A program made the translations under genes and the position numbers. The notes beneath the pieces were generated by a model. That model was not told the DNA's origin. It searched no databases and worked only from the letters and a program-made list of their open reading frames with translations. A stretch of 63,000 nucleotides of DNA, counting the filler, from Sphacelaria rigidula (lineage: Eukaryota): NCBI GenBank assembly GCA_964200075.2. It is 8 parts of 8 records of this genome, joined end to end, with 100 filler letters (N's around TTAATTAATTAA, not from the genome) between each part and the next. Parts side by side here need not be neighbours in the genome. Positions count along the whole stretch, not along the records: positions 1 to 7,788 come from CAXNAA020013455.1; positions 7,889 to 15,676 come from CAXNAA020013456.1; 6 more parts are not named here. The stretch is one strand, 5' to 3'. Shown here piece by piece: positions 1-11,500 of this stretch (the first letter of the stretch is position 1; each line of letters opens with the position of its first letter).

Positions 1-110
1 CCGACAAAAACGTCATTGGGCACCATCGCTCAAAGTGTGGGGCAAGCACTGTTTTAGACTTGAACCTCATCTCGGAGTTAAACCTCACTTCGCACAATTT
101 GATGTTACAG
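1..110. mobile_element. End of a TIR/foldback element (family A); contig starts inside it
   Basis: 46-98 is the reverse complement of 7731-7783 with few mismatches. Similar to 23821-23915 and 22985-23058. Confidence 0.75.
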
Positions 111-274
111 GGTAAGCCGTTGCCGTCACATGCACGTTAATCCTCCCCGACTAGAACCCGTGTTGAAACCGGTCCTGCCTTCAGCACCCAGTCGTGATGA
201 TTCTCCTGTGTACTACATTTTTGTATCGCCACCTATGTGGGGTAACCTATTGTGCCGTCCCCATTGTGTGAACA

Positions 275-370
275 TGATCTTGTATGCGACCGTCATATGA
301 CAATTGAACTTGCTCCCCTACAAAGCCGTGACGAAGCACGCCGAGTTTTCACGGGCCCGCGCTCAAGAGT
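275..370 (+). repeat. Dispersed repeat module L (putative SINE 3' tail)
   Basis: Reverse complement of copies at 12420-12525, 16290-16410 and 32950-33080. Confidence 0.65.
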
Positions 371-625
371 GGGGGTAGAGACTCCCCGAAAGTGTGTGCC
401 GCTTCGAGAGTCGCAACCTTCAGTGTTTTTGTATTGAAGCGGAGGAGAGTATTTTTACTGTGTGGACCACCAGCATCGCGGTTGCCGATGCAGATAACGA
501 CCGCATGAGTGGGGGAGAGACAAACGCTCGGCCGGGTTGATTTCCAAGACCATTTTGCATCATAGCATATTACCATTGATCCATATCGCCGTTCCGCGCT
601 ACTGCTTTGCCTCGAATACCTGCAG

Positions 626-3187
626 GTGTCCGCGTTTTTTCCTCGACCAAAAAATGGACGTCAAGATGCATCTCCTCGCGCTGAAGCTGTTTCGGCCTCA
701 TCGATCTTTTGACAAGCACGGCGGTGACGTGGTCTTCAAGTGGATCATACAAGTGCTGGCGCAGCATGGCATACGCCAAGAGGATATCGCCGGCGCTGTA
801 ACGGATGCCGGGTCCGACGTTCGGAGTGGGGTGGTGTCGGCTTGGTTTCGGGAATGGTGCTTTGCCCACCTCCTGAACCGCGCGACCATTGACGCCACGG
901 GAATGTCGCCCGCTAAGGATCGATCAAAACATCCCCAGTGTCGCGAACTACTCGACCTGATCAAAGGGATGGTGGAGCACTTCAACAAGTCCGCCGTCGA
1001 CAAGGTTAGATATCATGAAATTTGGATAACAACCTGGGTGCCCCATGTACCATTGCCACCTTCAGCCGCTAGGAAGTCACGTTTATTCATGCATGAGGAG
1101 TTGTTGCATTCGTAGTCGACACCTCCAACTACTCCTCCAATCTTTTTTTCGTGTGCGAATGGCAGTCACAGGAACATCCGCGAATTACAAATCGTTCCCG
1201 GTCTGCGATGCGTATGCACCACCTCATCACTGAAGTTGCCTCGACGCTGACTCCTCCGTTTTTTCTTGGAAATCCTTTGCGCGTAACCACTGTTATGAGC
1301 AGATTGCCCTGGAGGATATCATCGACGAAATGTTGGGAGGAGAGGGCTCCAAGGCAAAGCTGTCGCAAGCCATTGCCCAGCGCTGGATAAGCGTCTGCCA
1401 GATGTTGCAGCGTATCCTGGAGAGATGGGACGCCCTGAGGACGTTTTACTTGGCCAAGGGGGAACCCTTTCCCTTGACGGGCAAAAAGGACGAGGTGAGC
1501 CGAAGATCAGTGTGTCCGTGCCTGGTATATCGGCGGCGTATATACCAAGTTGCTGTTGCAGTGCTTCGCGGACGCTGGCCGCTAACGGTTGACAAAGCGT
1601 GATCGATGTGACCCGTGATTCTTGGAACACCCCCACCCACCGCGGTGGCGAAATCCTCATCCTGCCCCTCTCCTTGATCGAGTCATGACAAGACCGTTGT
1701 CTTGTTCGAGCGTCACTGAACGCCTGTTTGAACCGCCCGACAACAATCTTACGTTGTCAGGTCGAGGAGGTGTACAGCATCGTCAATGAGGTGAAGGGGG
1801 TTATTGTGTATTCACAAACGACGTACGAGTCAACCGCGCAGGGTGGACTACAATTACCTGGTCCTAGTCGCCACCACCACCTTGGACCCGGAAAAATCAC
1901 TCAAGGTGAGGCATGTGCGGGCTGTCGGGCAGGATACAGAGGACGTGGAACCGGAGGTACGACCCTCCGCCGACTTGACAAGTGTCACGAAAGTCACTCG
2001 CGAGGCGTTTGCACGGGGCGTGGCCAGGCGGTTTGTATCACCGCGTAATGGGAAAGGCCTCTCGTCACACAGCCACAGGTATGACATGGCCACGTTCTTG
2101 ACTCCGGGCGGGCGTGCTCTGAAGTATCTCAATAGGCTGAAGAATTCGACCGTAGGAACGCTGAAAGGCTTCACGAAGCCAGTAGAGGACGTGAGGGCAG
2201 TAATTACTGGCCAGATGGAGAATCTCCTCGCGGGAGCGATCACGAAGTGCAGGACCAGGCCGAAGACGGCTCCCGTCGTGGTGGACGTCGAGCCGCGAGT
2301 GGTGAAGCGGTTTAAAACCGCCACCGGCGCCGCTGTCGACCCACGGCGGGAGGAGTTCGCCGCGGAGGGCATCATGGACTCAAGCAGCGACGAGGAGGGA
2401 GAAGCTGCGAGCACCCCCGAGACCACTCCCAAGGAAAAAGCCGCCGACCTCATCAACGCATGGAAAAACGCCGAGGTGTGTGCGTTGCGATGTATCGTTC
2501 TCTCTACATCGCACGCTCCCGTTCTTAGACTTTGTCTTTGTCCCCCGGCATTCCAACGTAGCAAGACGCACACATAACAATCACTTCACCACATTGATTC
2601 ATTGTTTTTTTTCACAGACGCATGTACCGAGCAGTTCAATTACATACCAAAAATCCGACTGTGATCATGGTGAGAATGCAGTGGAAACGTAGGACGCTGG
2701 AGTGGAGGTCGCTGGCGAACCGTGTGCCACTGCCATGCGTTCAATATCATATTTGGTTTCGTCGCTCCGGGTTACAGATCGGGAAAGAGGAAAAGAAACT
2801 GGACGGCGTCGAGTATTGGCGGGCCCACGGCAAAGAACACTCGCCTCACCTTCGGTCTCTGGCGCAGGCGGTGTTTGGTGCACCTTCCTCCGCGGGAGTA
2901 AAGGAGCGTGACTTCTGTGTCGCGGATATCAGCCCCGCAAGCGTGGTGGCGTCGACCCCGCCAATCTCGACATGGCCTTGTATCTGCGGGGCCAGTTCGA
3001 CAACATCCCTGCAGATATTCCACAGCTAACTGATGAGCAGGCATCGGAACCCGTGCCAAGTCGGTTTACCGACAGAAACATTGTAGAAGAGGTTGAGGTG
3101 TTAAACTTTTCTCTCGAGCCCGAGAGTGATATGGGGGAGGAGGAAGATCTTTCGTGGGAGAACCAGTACGGACCGGTTCCGAATTAG
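626..3187 (+). pseudogene. hAT-superfamily transposase, C-terminal half (exons 626-1004, 1303-1494, 1761-2475, 2778-3187), frameshifted
   Basis: GT-AG bounded exons encode VTDAGSDV (second catalytic D), WCFAHLLN (CxxH), AQRWISVCQMLQRILE (RW motif) and the hAT dimerisation domain EYWRAHG...LRSLAQAVFGAPSSAGVKERDF. Frameshifts near 640, 1845 and 2930. Confidence 0.88.
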
Positions 3188-3261
3188 CTTGTTGGACTTC
3201 GTCTGATCCAAACGTGCAGTGCGAGGGTTCATTACTATCTCGAATGGGAAAGTAGGGGTGT

Positions 3262-3510
3262 TGCGCCCTGGCGGTCCAGTGGTTACCATTAGGGTGCAGA
3301 TGACGAGTGTTGGAATTCCGATGCGTTGAGCTTCTCCTGAATAATTGATTTTTACCGTCGAAAGCGTGAGAACAGAGTATTTGACTGAGTTTGTTTGACG
3401 ACAGTTGACGCGGGGCGGAAGTGCTGACCCAATACGCAGGATCAACATGCAAGGTGTAACGGGGGGAAGTGGGTTGATCCGTCGAGACCGGTCTGGTCAC
3501 GCAGAAGGGG
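3262..3510 (+). mobile_element. tRNA-derived SINE family 2 (head and body)
   Basis: Head cgccctggcggtccagtgg...gttggaattcc has A/B-box-like motifs. Body is the reverse complement of 13930-14170, 40105-40330 and 62690-62925. Confidence 0.6.
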
Positions 3511-3639
3511 AGAGGTTCGACACCGTCACAATTAGTAAAGTTGGGGTACAACACAAGGTGATATATACAGTAGTGCAGTGATGGTGTGCGGATAACGTGA
3601 TGGTTGTTCCAAAACAGGTTGTAATGAAAAATACTCCTG

Positions 3640-4530
3640 CGACAAGTGTCTTTAGTCTAACACACTGGACATCGATGAATTTCCGTAGCACTAGACGGTT
3701 TGTCGTCCCCGGGAAAAGCGATGGACAACAAATATATCATGTTGGTTCTTTGCCGATGCCATCAATCGCCACGAAATCAGTCCCGATCCGCACGGGTCAT
3801 GAGGGAAATTGACTACCGTGTCCGATTTTCTCGCATGTTGTCGTCTACCGCAGTGTACAATGACGGAACCCCTTGAACTCTCTTGGAATGAACCATGCAT
3901 ATCGATGAAAAAGTCCAAAATCTATCGCTACCGGCCGTGTCTATCGGTGGACACCGCAAAACTCTATTGCCGTGGGCCATGTATATCGATGGAACGTTTC
4001 GAAAATTCATTGTTACTGACCATTTATATCGATGGAATTTTGCGGAATCTATGGCGAAGGACCATGTGTATTGACATGAACGTTTCATTGTCCATTTCCA
4101 TGCACGATGTGTATCGGTGGCATGAACCAAAATATATCGTTACCGACCAGTGCCCATCGGTGTAATATTTCACACATCATTGCCAGTAAAGATATATATC
4201 GATGAGAACATCACCCAGTACATTGTTTCCAGTAATGGGTATGACCAAATATGTGTTGCGGTCATTCTTTTCCACAATAGATATCGATATATCTTCTTGT
4301 GTAAATTCTTTGGATGTGAACATTACGCCCTACAGGGTGGGTGTCAATAATATGTACATATTCCCATCGACGGCAGAAATAAATGCTCCCCGCAATGGAT
4401 ACCCATCTATCCTCTTCTGTACAATCTTTGGATGTGAACATCGCGCCTGACGGGGTGGGTGTCAATAATTTGTACATGTGCCCATATCGTTTTCCTACAA
4501 GTCGAGGGCAGACAAAGCTGCTCCCCACAG
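3640..4530. repeat. ATCGAT-rich degenerate repeat region with two ~52-bp direct repeats (4307-4359, 4425-4477)
   Basis: tctttggatgtgaacat...gggtgggtgtcaataat.tgtacat occurs twice, with many (c)atcgat(g) motifs. Probably a non-autonomous TE. Confidence 0.5.
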
Positions 4531-6149
4531 TAGATATTCACCTATTTCTTGTGTATATTCCTTGGGTGGGCCATGTCAGGTCTAGCCAACACTGCATTTC
4601 GGCGCTCAGGACCTCATTCACCAGCACCATATGCCGTGGACACGAAAGAATATATATTATCATGTCAGCCCGCAGTAACCCATGGGTCAAGCCATGGTCG
4701 CATGATAGACGTACCCAAGAAAAGCGAAACTGCAACACTCATTCAAGAAAATGAAGGAGCAGAAAAAGGCTCGACATGCAGGATCATATTTGCGTCTACA
4801 GATAGCGTCCGACAGGGCGCGTGCCGATACTACGCACATTCTCTGATCATTACCCACAGGTTCATAGCCTCAAATAAATTTTCTCGTCCTCTGCAATGTC
4901 AGTATATACAAGGGCACGGAAGGAAAACGATGGGGCACGTCGTCCTGCGCCCAGGGCATGTCAACACATGCCACGTCTGCAGAAAAAAAGGCGTTACATT
5001 TTTGACGACCTGAACACGTGCCAACCCCCACCAAGCACACAAGGCAGGAGCACCGCAGTTCGACCACATGCGCCATCCTCCCCATGATCGACAACGGATA
5101 TCCTCCCCATGAGCGACAACGCTGAGCAGAGACCTCGGCTTCAGGCGCAGCACAGCCTGCCGCCCTTGCCCCCATATTTGATCTTCGGAACTCGGTCAGC
5201 AGAGGTCGCTCCAAAGGCAAGTCCAAACAGTTTAAATTTCCGGAAAACATACCGATCGCAGCAAAGACAGCAATCAACAACTACATCCCTGCAGAAGGCC
5301 GCTACGTCGCACGCCCAAACGTACGGTTCATTTTTGGGGCGTGCGGTTGGACACAAAGCCGGAAGAGGAGTGGAGCTACGACGAGAAGGGGAAGCCGGTC
5401 GAGAGGGAGCAGGTGTTTTCTTGCAAAGCAGATGAAGAGTGTCGCAACAAAAGAACGATGATAAAATCCACGAGTAAGCAAACGTTGAGTGCTACGACCC
5501 ATTTGGACAAGCAGCACAATATCAAGAGCTCCCGGACAAGAGCTGCAGACGAAAAGTGAGTGTGACACCTCTTTCCGTTTGATTGTTTCTCGCGCCTAGG
5601 GGAAGTGTCAGTCGGTGCTTTACTGTAGTTGTTCATTTTCGTTCAGTTTGTGCCAACACCATACTAGCCTGGCTGAGGCCCACGTGCTTGCTCTGTTCTG
5701 ATGGCTCGCTTTGTTGGGTTTTCATGGCGTGGAGCATGCGACAATCGTCCGGTTCAATCGTTAACTGCATATCCCGTGATGTGTGGGCTTCCGACTAATT
5801 CAAACGCTACGGTTTCATCGTCTCGCTATTTTCTGTGCTGTGTAGGGCGATCGAGTACGAAAATACTCTAGAAGCGACACAGAGTAGTCAATTATTTCGA
5901 ACGAATCCTCAACGATACTTGGCGCTTAGTTTCGTGGAGGCGTTTCCCGTCTACGTCGCTGCCCCTTTCAACATCGGGGAGCACGCTGCCGTTCGTGACT
6001 TCGTCTCGCTCATGTGCAAGAACTTCGACGTTAGTGCCCTGAACAACAAAGCGGTAAATCAGATATCTCCGGTGGTGATGTAGGCGTTCGATCGGTTTCC
6101 TGCATTCATGTTAAAATCCCAGCGCGTCAATCACGGGATGTCACAAATC

Positions 6150-6550
6150 AGGGATGGGTTTTTTATTGGGGTTGAGAACCCGTAGATACAAATTCGCACT
6201 GCGATGACCGAAATGTTGAGGTCCTAACTCAAAAACCAATTTTGCGTACCCTGGACAATAGAATACATGGTCAAAAAATGTACTGCGTACAGTATGGAAT
6301 CTATTGTTGCATCAGACAAAAGATTCCATACTGTACGCAGTACGATTTTTGATCGTGTGTTCTGTTGTCCAGGGTATTCAAAATTGGGGTCCGATCGGAT
6401 TACGTGAATTCCCGACAACCGGTTGTTTAGCTAGGACCCCATCATTTCGTTTATCAGACTGCAAATTTGTATGGTGTGTGGTGGTTGTCAATAGCTACCA
6501 GTAAGTGAAGATTTGGCGCGGATACGAAGATTTTAATCCTCCACCCCCAA
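6150..6550. mobile_element. Foldback MITE (same family as 31572-31966) within the hAT intron, with central hairpin 6247-6377
   Basis: Shares ttattgggg.tgagaacc, gaaatgttg.ggtccta and gtcaatagcta...cggatacgaagattttaatcctcc with the contig-5 palindrome. Confidence 0.7.
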
Positions 6551-6859
6551 CTCGTAAAATCCTGTGTTGTTAGCTTTGTGGCCTGTAGCAAGTCGAGAGA
6601 CGGCTGTGTGTGCGAGCGAAATCTGCTTATACCCTGGACAATAGAGCATGTAATGAAACATAGCCACCGTAATAGACCCCAGAAGATGGCTGACAATGAC
6701 CATTGCCGGCGACAATAGACGCCGGCAGCTGTCTTTGAATGGATATTGTCATGAACAAGATATATGAGGCAGGTATCACAATGCATCATTGTGGCGACAA
6801 TGAACCAGTAAACTTCACCATCGATTGTCATTGTCCAATATAATACATCGCCGAAACGC

Positions 6860-7100
6860 AATGGCGATAGACATGTGTCCTAACAATGGTCCACTAAACC
6901 CGATTGTCGATAGCCATTGCTGCCGACGGTGGATATTAGCCCTTGACTGTCAATGCACATCCCGACTCGCGATAGATTGGTGACGTCATTTGTTGATAGC
7001 CATTGCTGTCAACGACCTACTGGCGCAGTCGACTGTCGATAACCATTGTCATGGAGAGCAGATTGTTGGAGTCGGCCGTCGATAGCCATTGGCACTAAGC
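6860..7100. repeat. Degenerate tandem repeats of gtcgatagccattg
   Basis: The motif recurs at ~6907, 6994, 7036 and 7078. Confidence 0.6.
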
Positions 7101-7718
7101 ATGCATCACACCCCAACTTACAGTAGAGAGTGGGCTGCACCCCCACAATAGGCACGAGCTTCATTTCGCAGCGGAGCTTTGGTATATAAAGAAGTCGACC
7201 TAGGACCCACCCCCCACCTCATTCCCCCCCCCCCCCCCCCCATCCCACCCACCCACCCACCCACCCATCCCCCTTCTCCCCTCCTGGCCTCCTGGCCTCC
7301 TGCCCCCCCCTCACTCATCCCGGAGGCTCGAAATATTTCATTCGGTTTATATTTTTTTCCTCCATCGCTGCTCCCCTATCCACTCGTATCCTATATTGTC
7401 CGGATATACTATTTCCGTCCTGCACAACTACTTGCGTAGTTCACCTGCACCGTTCATGGTGACTGCGTTGTGACCTGGTTTGATGACTACAACTGATCAC
7501 CAGAATTGGTTCTTGCTTACGCACGGGTGAATACGTCACAGGTAAAAAGGATGATGATCGAGATGTGTGATGCAACAGACAGCGACGCCAACGCATCGAT
7601 GCACAAGACACTTCGCATCGCTGACGTTCCTATAGTCTACGTCAACGCAGACTTATGGACAAGCAGATTCTCCGGGCTCAAGTACCTCGGTGAGTTTTGG
7701 TGGGTGCTGGACTCATCA

Positions 7719-7788
7719 CAGAACAACAAATTGTACGAATTGAGGTTTAACTCCGAGATGAGGTTCAAGCCTAAAACAGCGCTTTCCC
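7719..7788. mobile_element. Start of a family A TIR/foldback element inside the hAT intron; contig ends inside it
   Basis: ttgtacgaattgaggtttaactccgagatgaggttcaagcctaaaacagcgc is an inverted copy of the contig-start sequence. Confidence 0.75.
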
Positions 7789-7888
7789 NNNNNNNNNNNN
7801 NNNNNNNNNNNNNNNNNNNNNNNNNNNNNNNNTTAATTAATTAANNNNNNNNNNNNNNNNNNNNNNNNNNNNNNNNNNNNNNNNNNNN
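7789..7888. other. Artificial contig-joining spacer (44 N + TTAATTAATTAA + 44 N). Same spacer at 15677-15776, 23565-23664, 31453-31552, 39340-39439, 47227-47326 and 55114-55213
   Basis: The 100-bp spacer with a six-frame stop linker occurs seven times. The intervening segments are 7788, 7788, 7788, 7788, 7787, 7787, 7787 and 7787 bp, consistent with length-sorted contigs. Confidence 0.97.
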
Positions 7889-8597
7889 TCGATTTACGTG
7901 AAGATTTCGCCTCCCAAAACCGTGCACTTTTTTGGGGGGGGGCTATCGTAGAAAGTGTCCACACGAGAAGGGGCTCAGAGGTCTCCCGTGACCATCGTCG
8001 TCACCCTTTAAGGTGGTAGCCTCATTGTCGTGGATGGCCCAGAACAACTACACACATGCACGGACGTTCAGACGTAACACAACACACACATACATTTGGT
8101 TTCACGTGACAAAGCCCCTGGGAACCATCCGACGCAACATGTATCGCCCCAGGGTTCAAAGTAAGGGGGCAATTTTTTTAGGGTTTTTCTTGGCCTTTCC
8201 CCCCAAAATGGATTTTCGCCCCGACTTTCCCTCCCCTCCACCCCTCAAAAATACGGTGAGAAAATATCCGATCCGACGCTGGATATTCGGATAAATCTGC
8301 AGTCAGTCTCAAATTCATCCATTGCTTTAACCTTGCCAAGAAACCTGCTCTTACATTTCTTGGAAAAGAGTTTTTCTTCGAAAAATTCGGAGATTTCGGA
8401 AAGTTAAATGGCTCCGTTCTCATATCCCTTAGTATCACCTCATCTTTTATCGCCACTACAATATTCCACCTGGAACGACGAGCCCGCGATTTATTCGTAT
8501 CCATCTCCAGTATTTTTTCTATTATCAACTGTTTCGATCGTAAGCACCATCCTTTCGTTGTATCACCCACAGGAGACAAACAAGAATTTCTTCTTAC

Positions 8598-11500
8598 CGG
8601 AGCGATGCTGCCACGAGCTCTGCTGATTCTTCGATCCTGCTTGGCGATGTCTCCCAATACCTCCTTGGCGTCTCTCTGCTTCATCTTGCCGAACACATTG
8701 TCCACCTGTTGTCATTAATCAAAAAGGACAGGCGTCAACTCTTCGCCATAAGTGTCATGTTATACTTATTTATATATATATATATATTCCATACTTCGAA
8801 GTATACGGTACTCTACTGAAGTAGCTTAATATGAGAACGAGTGGGCAGTTACGGCTACGTCGGTGAAACATGACGTTACGGTAAAGCAACTACTGAGACC
8901 TGAAACCATGGCATTGTAATAGATCGGGCTGGGCTTTCCCAGCTCGGGACTCGCGCTCGCGTGGCGGCTGCGCCACTAGATGATCAACTCATCGACCGTC
9001 ACGCGTTGGGCTTCGCCCTTGACATTGCAACATATTGGCTTTCTCACCGCCCCGGGGGAGCCGTTTCCGCCACAAGTGACGGAACAGGCGAGAGGAAGGG
9101 AGCCGATGGGCGGGAGGGGGGTAATTTGTGCGTGAAGGCAACATGATGTAACTTAGTGCATGCAGTCCGGTGCGAGGTCGTCACCAGACAGTACAAAACA
9201 GCAATAAGGTCACGTAGTATTTAGTATTTCCTCTGCACAGAGCATTGCGACAGCACAGTACGGCACATTAGATGGGACCGTTTTCTACACCTTCTGATAA
9301 CTTGAAACATGAGGTGAGATCATAAACGACCTGCGCCAGGAAGACTCAACCCACTCTCAACACCATCTCGGGCCTGGATTTTCACCCCGCGCTACACTCG
9401 TGATCCTGAAAACGGGAAAGGGGGTGGGGAGTAGGGTGAACGGTGGGGGGTACTCGTTTGTTGCTTGATTTAGTCGTTTGGCCATTGACCACGCATCGCT
9501 TTCGAGACGCAGCATCATTCCTGCTCCTACAGAGAGGTTCCTCCAACGTGTGGGCGCTGAGTAGATTTCTTCAATATATTGACGAGGGAGAAGGTCGGGG
9601 TGTGCCATGGGGTGGGTGGGGTAGGGACGAGGGCGGGGGCGGGGCGACAAGAGGAACGGACTCTGCAGCTACAGCTGCATTTTTATACACTGACATACAG
9701 TTTATATGTCGGGAATATATACACCGTCTTTCACGTTGCCCTGGCGGCCTTGACTCTTGCTCCCCTATTGTGTCAAGTCATCAGTTGGTTGATGCTGTAG
9801 ATCATGACCACCAACCGTGTCAGGCATGTTGCATACAGCCACAGTGAATAAAACGGGCCGTTCGGCACGTTGTTTCACAGCTTGTCAATACGTACGTATA
9901 TACGAGTCATGCCGTACGAAACACAACTTGATTACTCAGAATACGCGGGAGCTTCATGACGTACAGAACTCGCTGCCTGTCAGAATGCGCCAAAGACTCG
10001 TGCCGTCCGACTTACAACACATCAATACGCGTGGAATCAGAATGTTCGTATCACACAAATCATAGCTTGCCAACTCTTTAATCGCGAGAGTAGGTCACCT
10101 GCTGAATCGGCATCAATATTCACTTGAAAAAATTATGCGTCACCCAGATGTACCACCCGCACCGCGGTCGAAGGGTTAATAAACGAGCGAAACGATTTGT
10201 GACGTACGCATCAAACACACACACACACAGCCTTCGGGAAAATGTGCAGAAGAAAAACGTCCATCCGATACCGGTGACTATCAAAATATGGGGAAAAATC
10301 GTTTAGATCAGCACCGATCGACCATCAGAACGTCTCGTCGTGCGAATGACGGGTAGGGAAAAAAATACTTGAAAAAAATCCGTTGAATTTCGTACCGCAA
10401 TAACACGATTGGGAATCATGCGCGTATGGACCACGCTGTACAAATTACGAGGCCAAAACCCGGTTTAAATATTGAAATTAAACAAGCTAGCTTCGAGAAA
10501 ATTACCTGTACCTTACACCCGATATGATATTTCGTGCAAGTCGGAGTATAAATTGAATGACAAAATACTCGAAACCGCTACGTGAGGTAACGTAAGCATG
10601 ACTCACAAAGTTGTTTGCCTCATTATCGGCTCTCTTGACGCAGTGCACTGGACTAGTATGTTTGAAAAAATTCCGCCAATACATCGCCGCACCTAATGTA
10701 AAACTGTTCCGAAAAATCATGGGACATGGCTCCCCACCGAGTCGCATGTTTCATCAACAATACCCGCTTGAAACATGAATATATTCAGGAACATCTGTAA
10801 TAGAACCAATACAACCTTACCAGACGTTGAACAAGAGGATACGGAACTCCTATGCATCACGATATTGTTCCGAAAATCAATGACGAATGACTCACCAAGT
10901 TGTCTGCCTCGTTGTCGGCCTCCTTAGCGGCGCTCCTCTTGGCCGCCATCATCTTCTTCTTGGCTTCTATTCGCTCCTTCTTCTCGCGCAGCTTCTTCGC
11001 CTGCTCCGCATTATTCCCGGACACACGAAAAAAACGGACAAAAATGAAGTAAAAGGAAACAGCAAGACACAGTCTACAGAGCTTGTAAGCTTGTAAGTCC
11101 CCAAAATTCCAACCTAGAAAAAAATACTGTGCACTCACGTACCAGCACCAGCACCAGCACTACTACTACTACTACTACTACCACTACCACCACTACTTAA
11201 GGACTAGCGCTAGCGCTAGCACTACCACTAGCACTACCACAATCACCTCCATAACCACTGCTACTACTACAGCTACGACTACCACCACCACCACCACCAT
11301 TACTGCTACTGCTACCACTTCTGCTACTTTTACAGGACTATCAATCTCACCACCACTACCACCAGCATCACTTCTGCTACTAAGATACGACTACGACAAC
11401 CACCACTACTGCTACTATTGCCGCCACCACGACAACCACCACCCTACTACTAGTATGACTAACATCATCACCCCCACCTCCACCCTCACCGTCGCTTACA

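Larger units (their letters stand above)
5295..7689 (+). pseudogene. hAT-superfamily transposase, N-terminal half (exons ~5295-5555, 5846-6053, 7542-7689): BED-type zinc finger and first catalytic Asp
   Basis: FSCKADEEC...ATTHLDKQH is BED-like, and NADLWTSRFSGLKYLG is the hAT DxWT motif. Splice phases match (AA|G at 5555/5846; phase 0 at 6053/7542). A possible ATG exon at 5109 is unresolved. Confidence 0.8.

Noticed and set aside
4307-4477. CRISPR-like repeat-spacer array
   Set aside because: Only two ~52-bp degenerate repeats in a eukaryotic TE context, with no cas genes.
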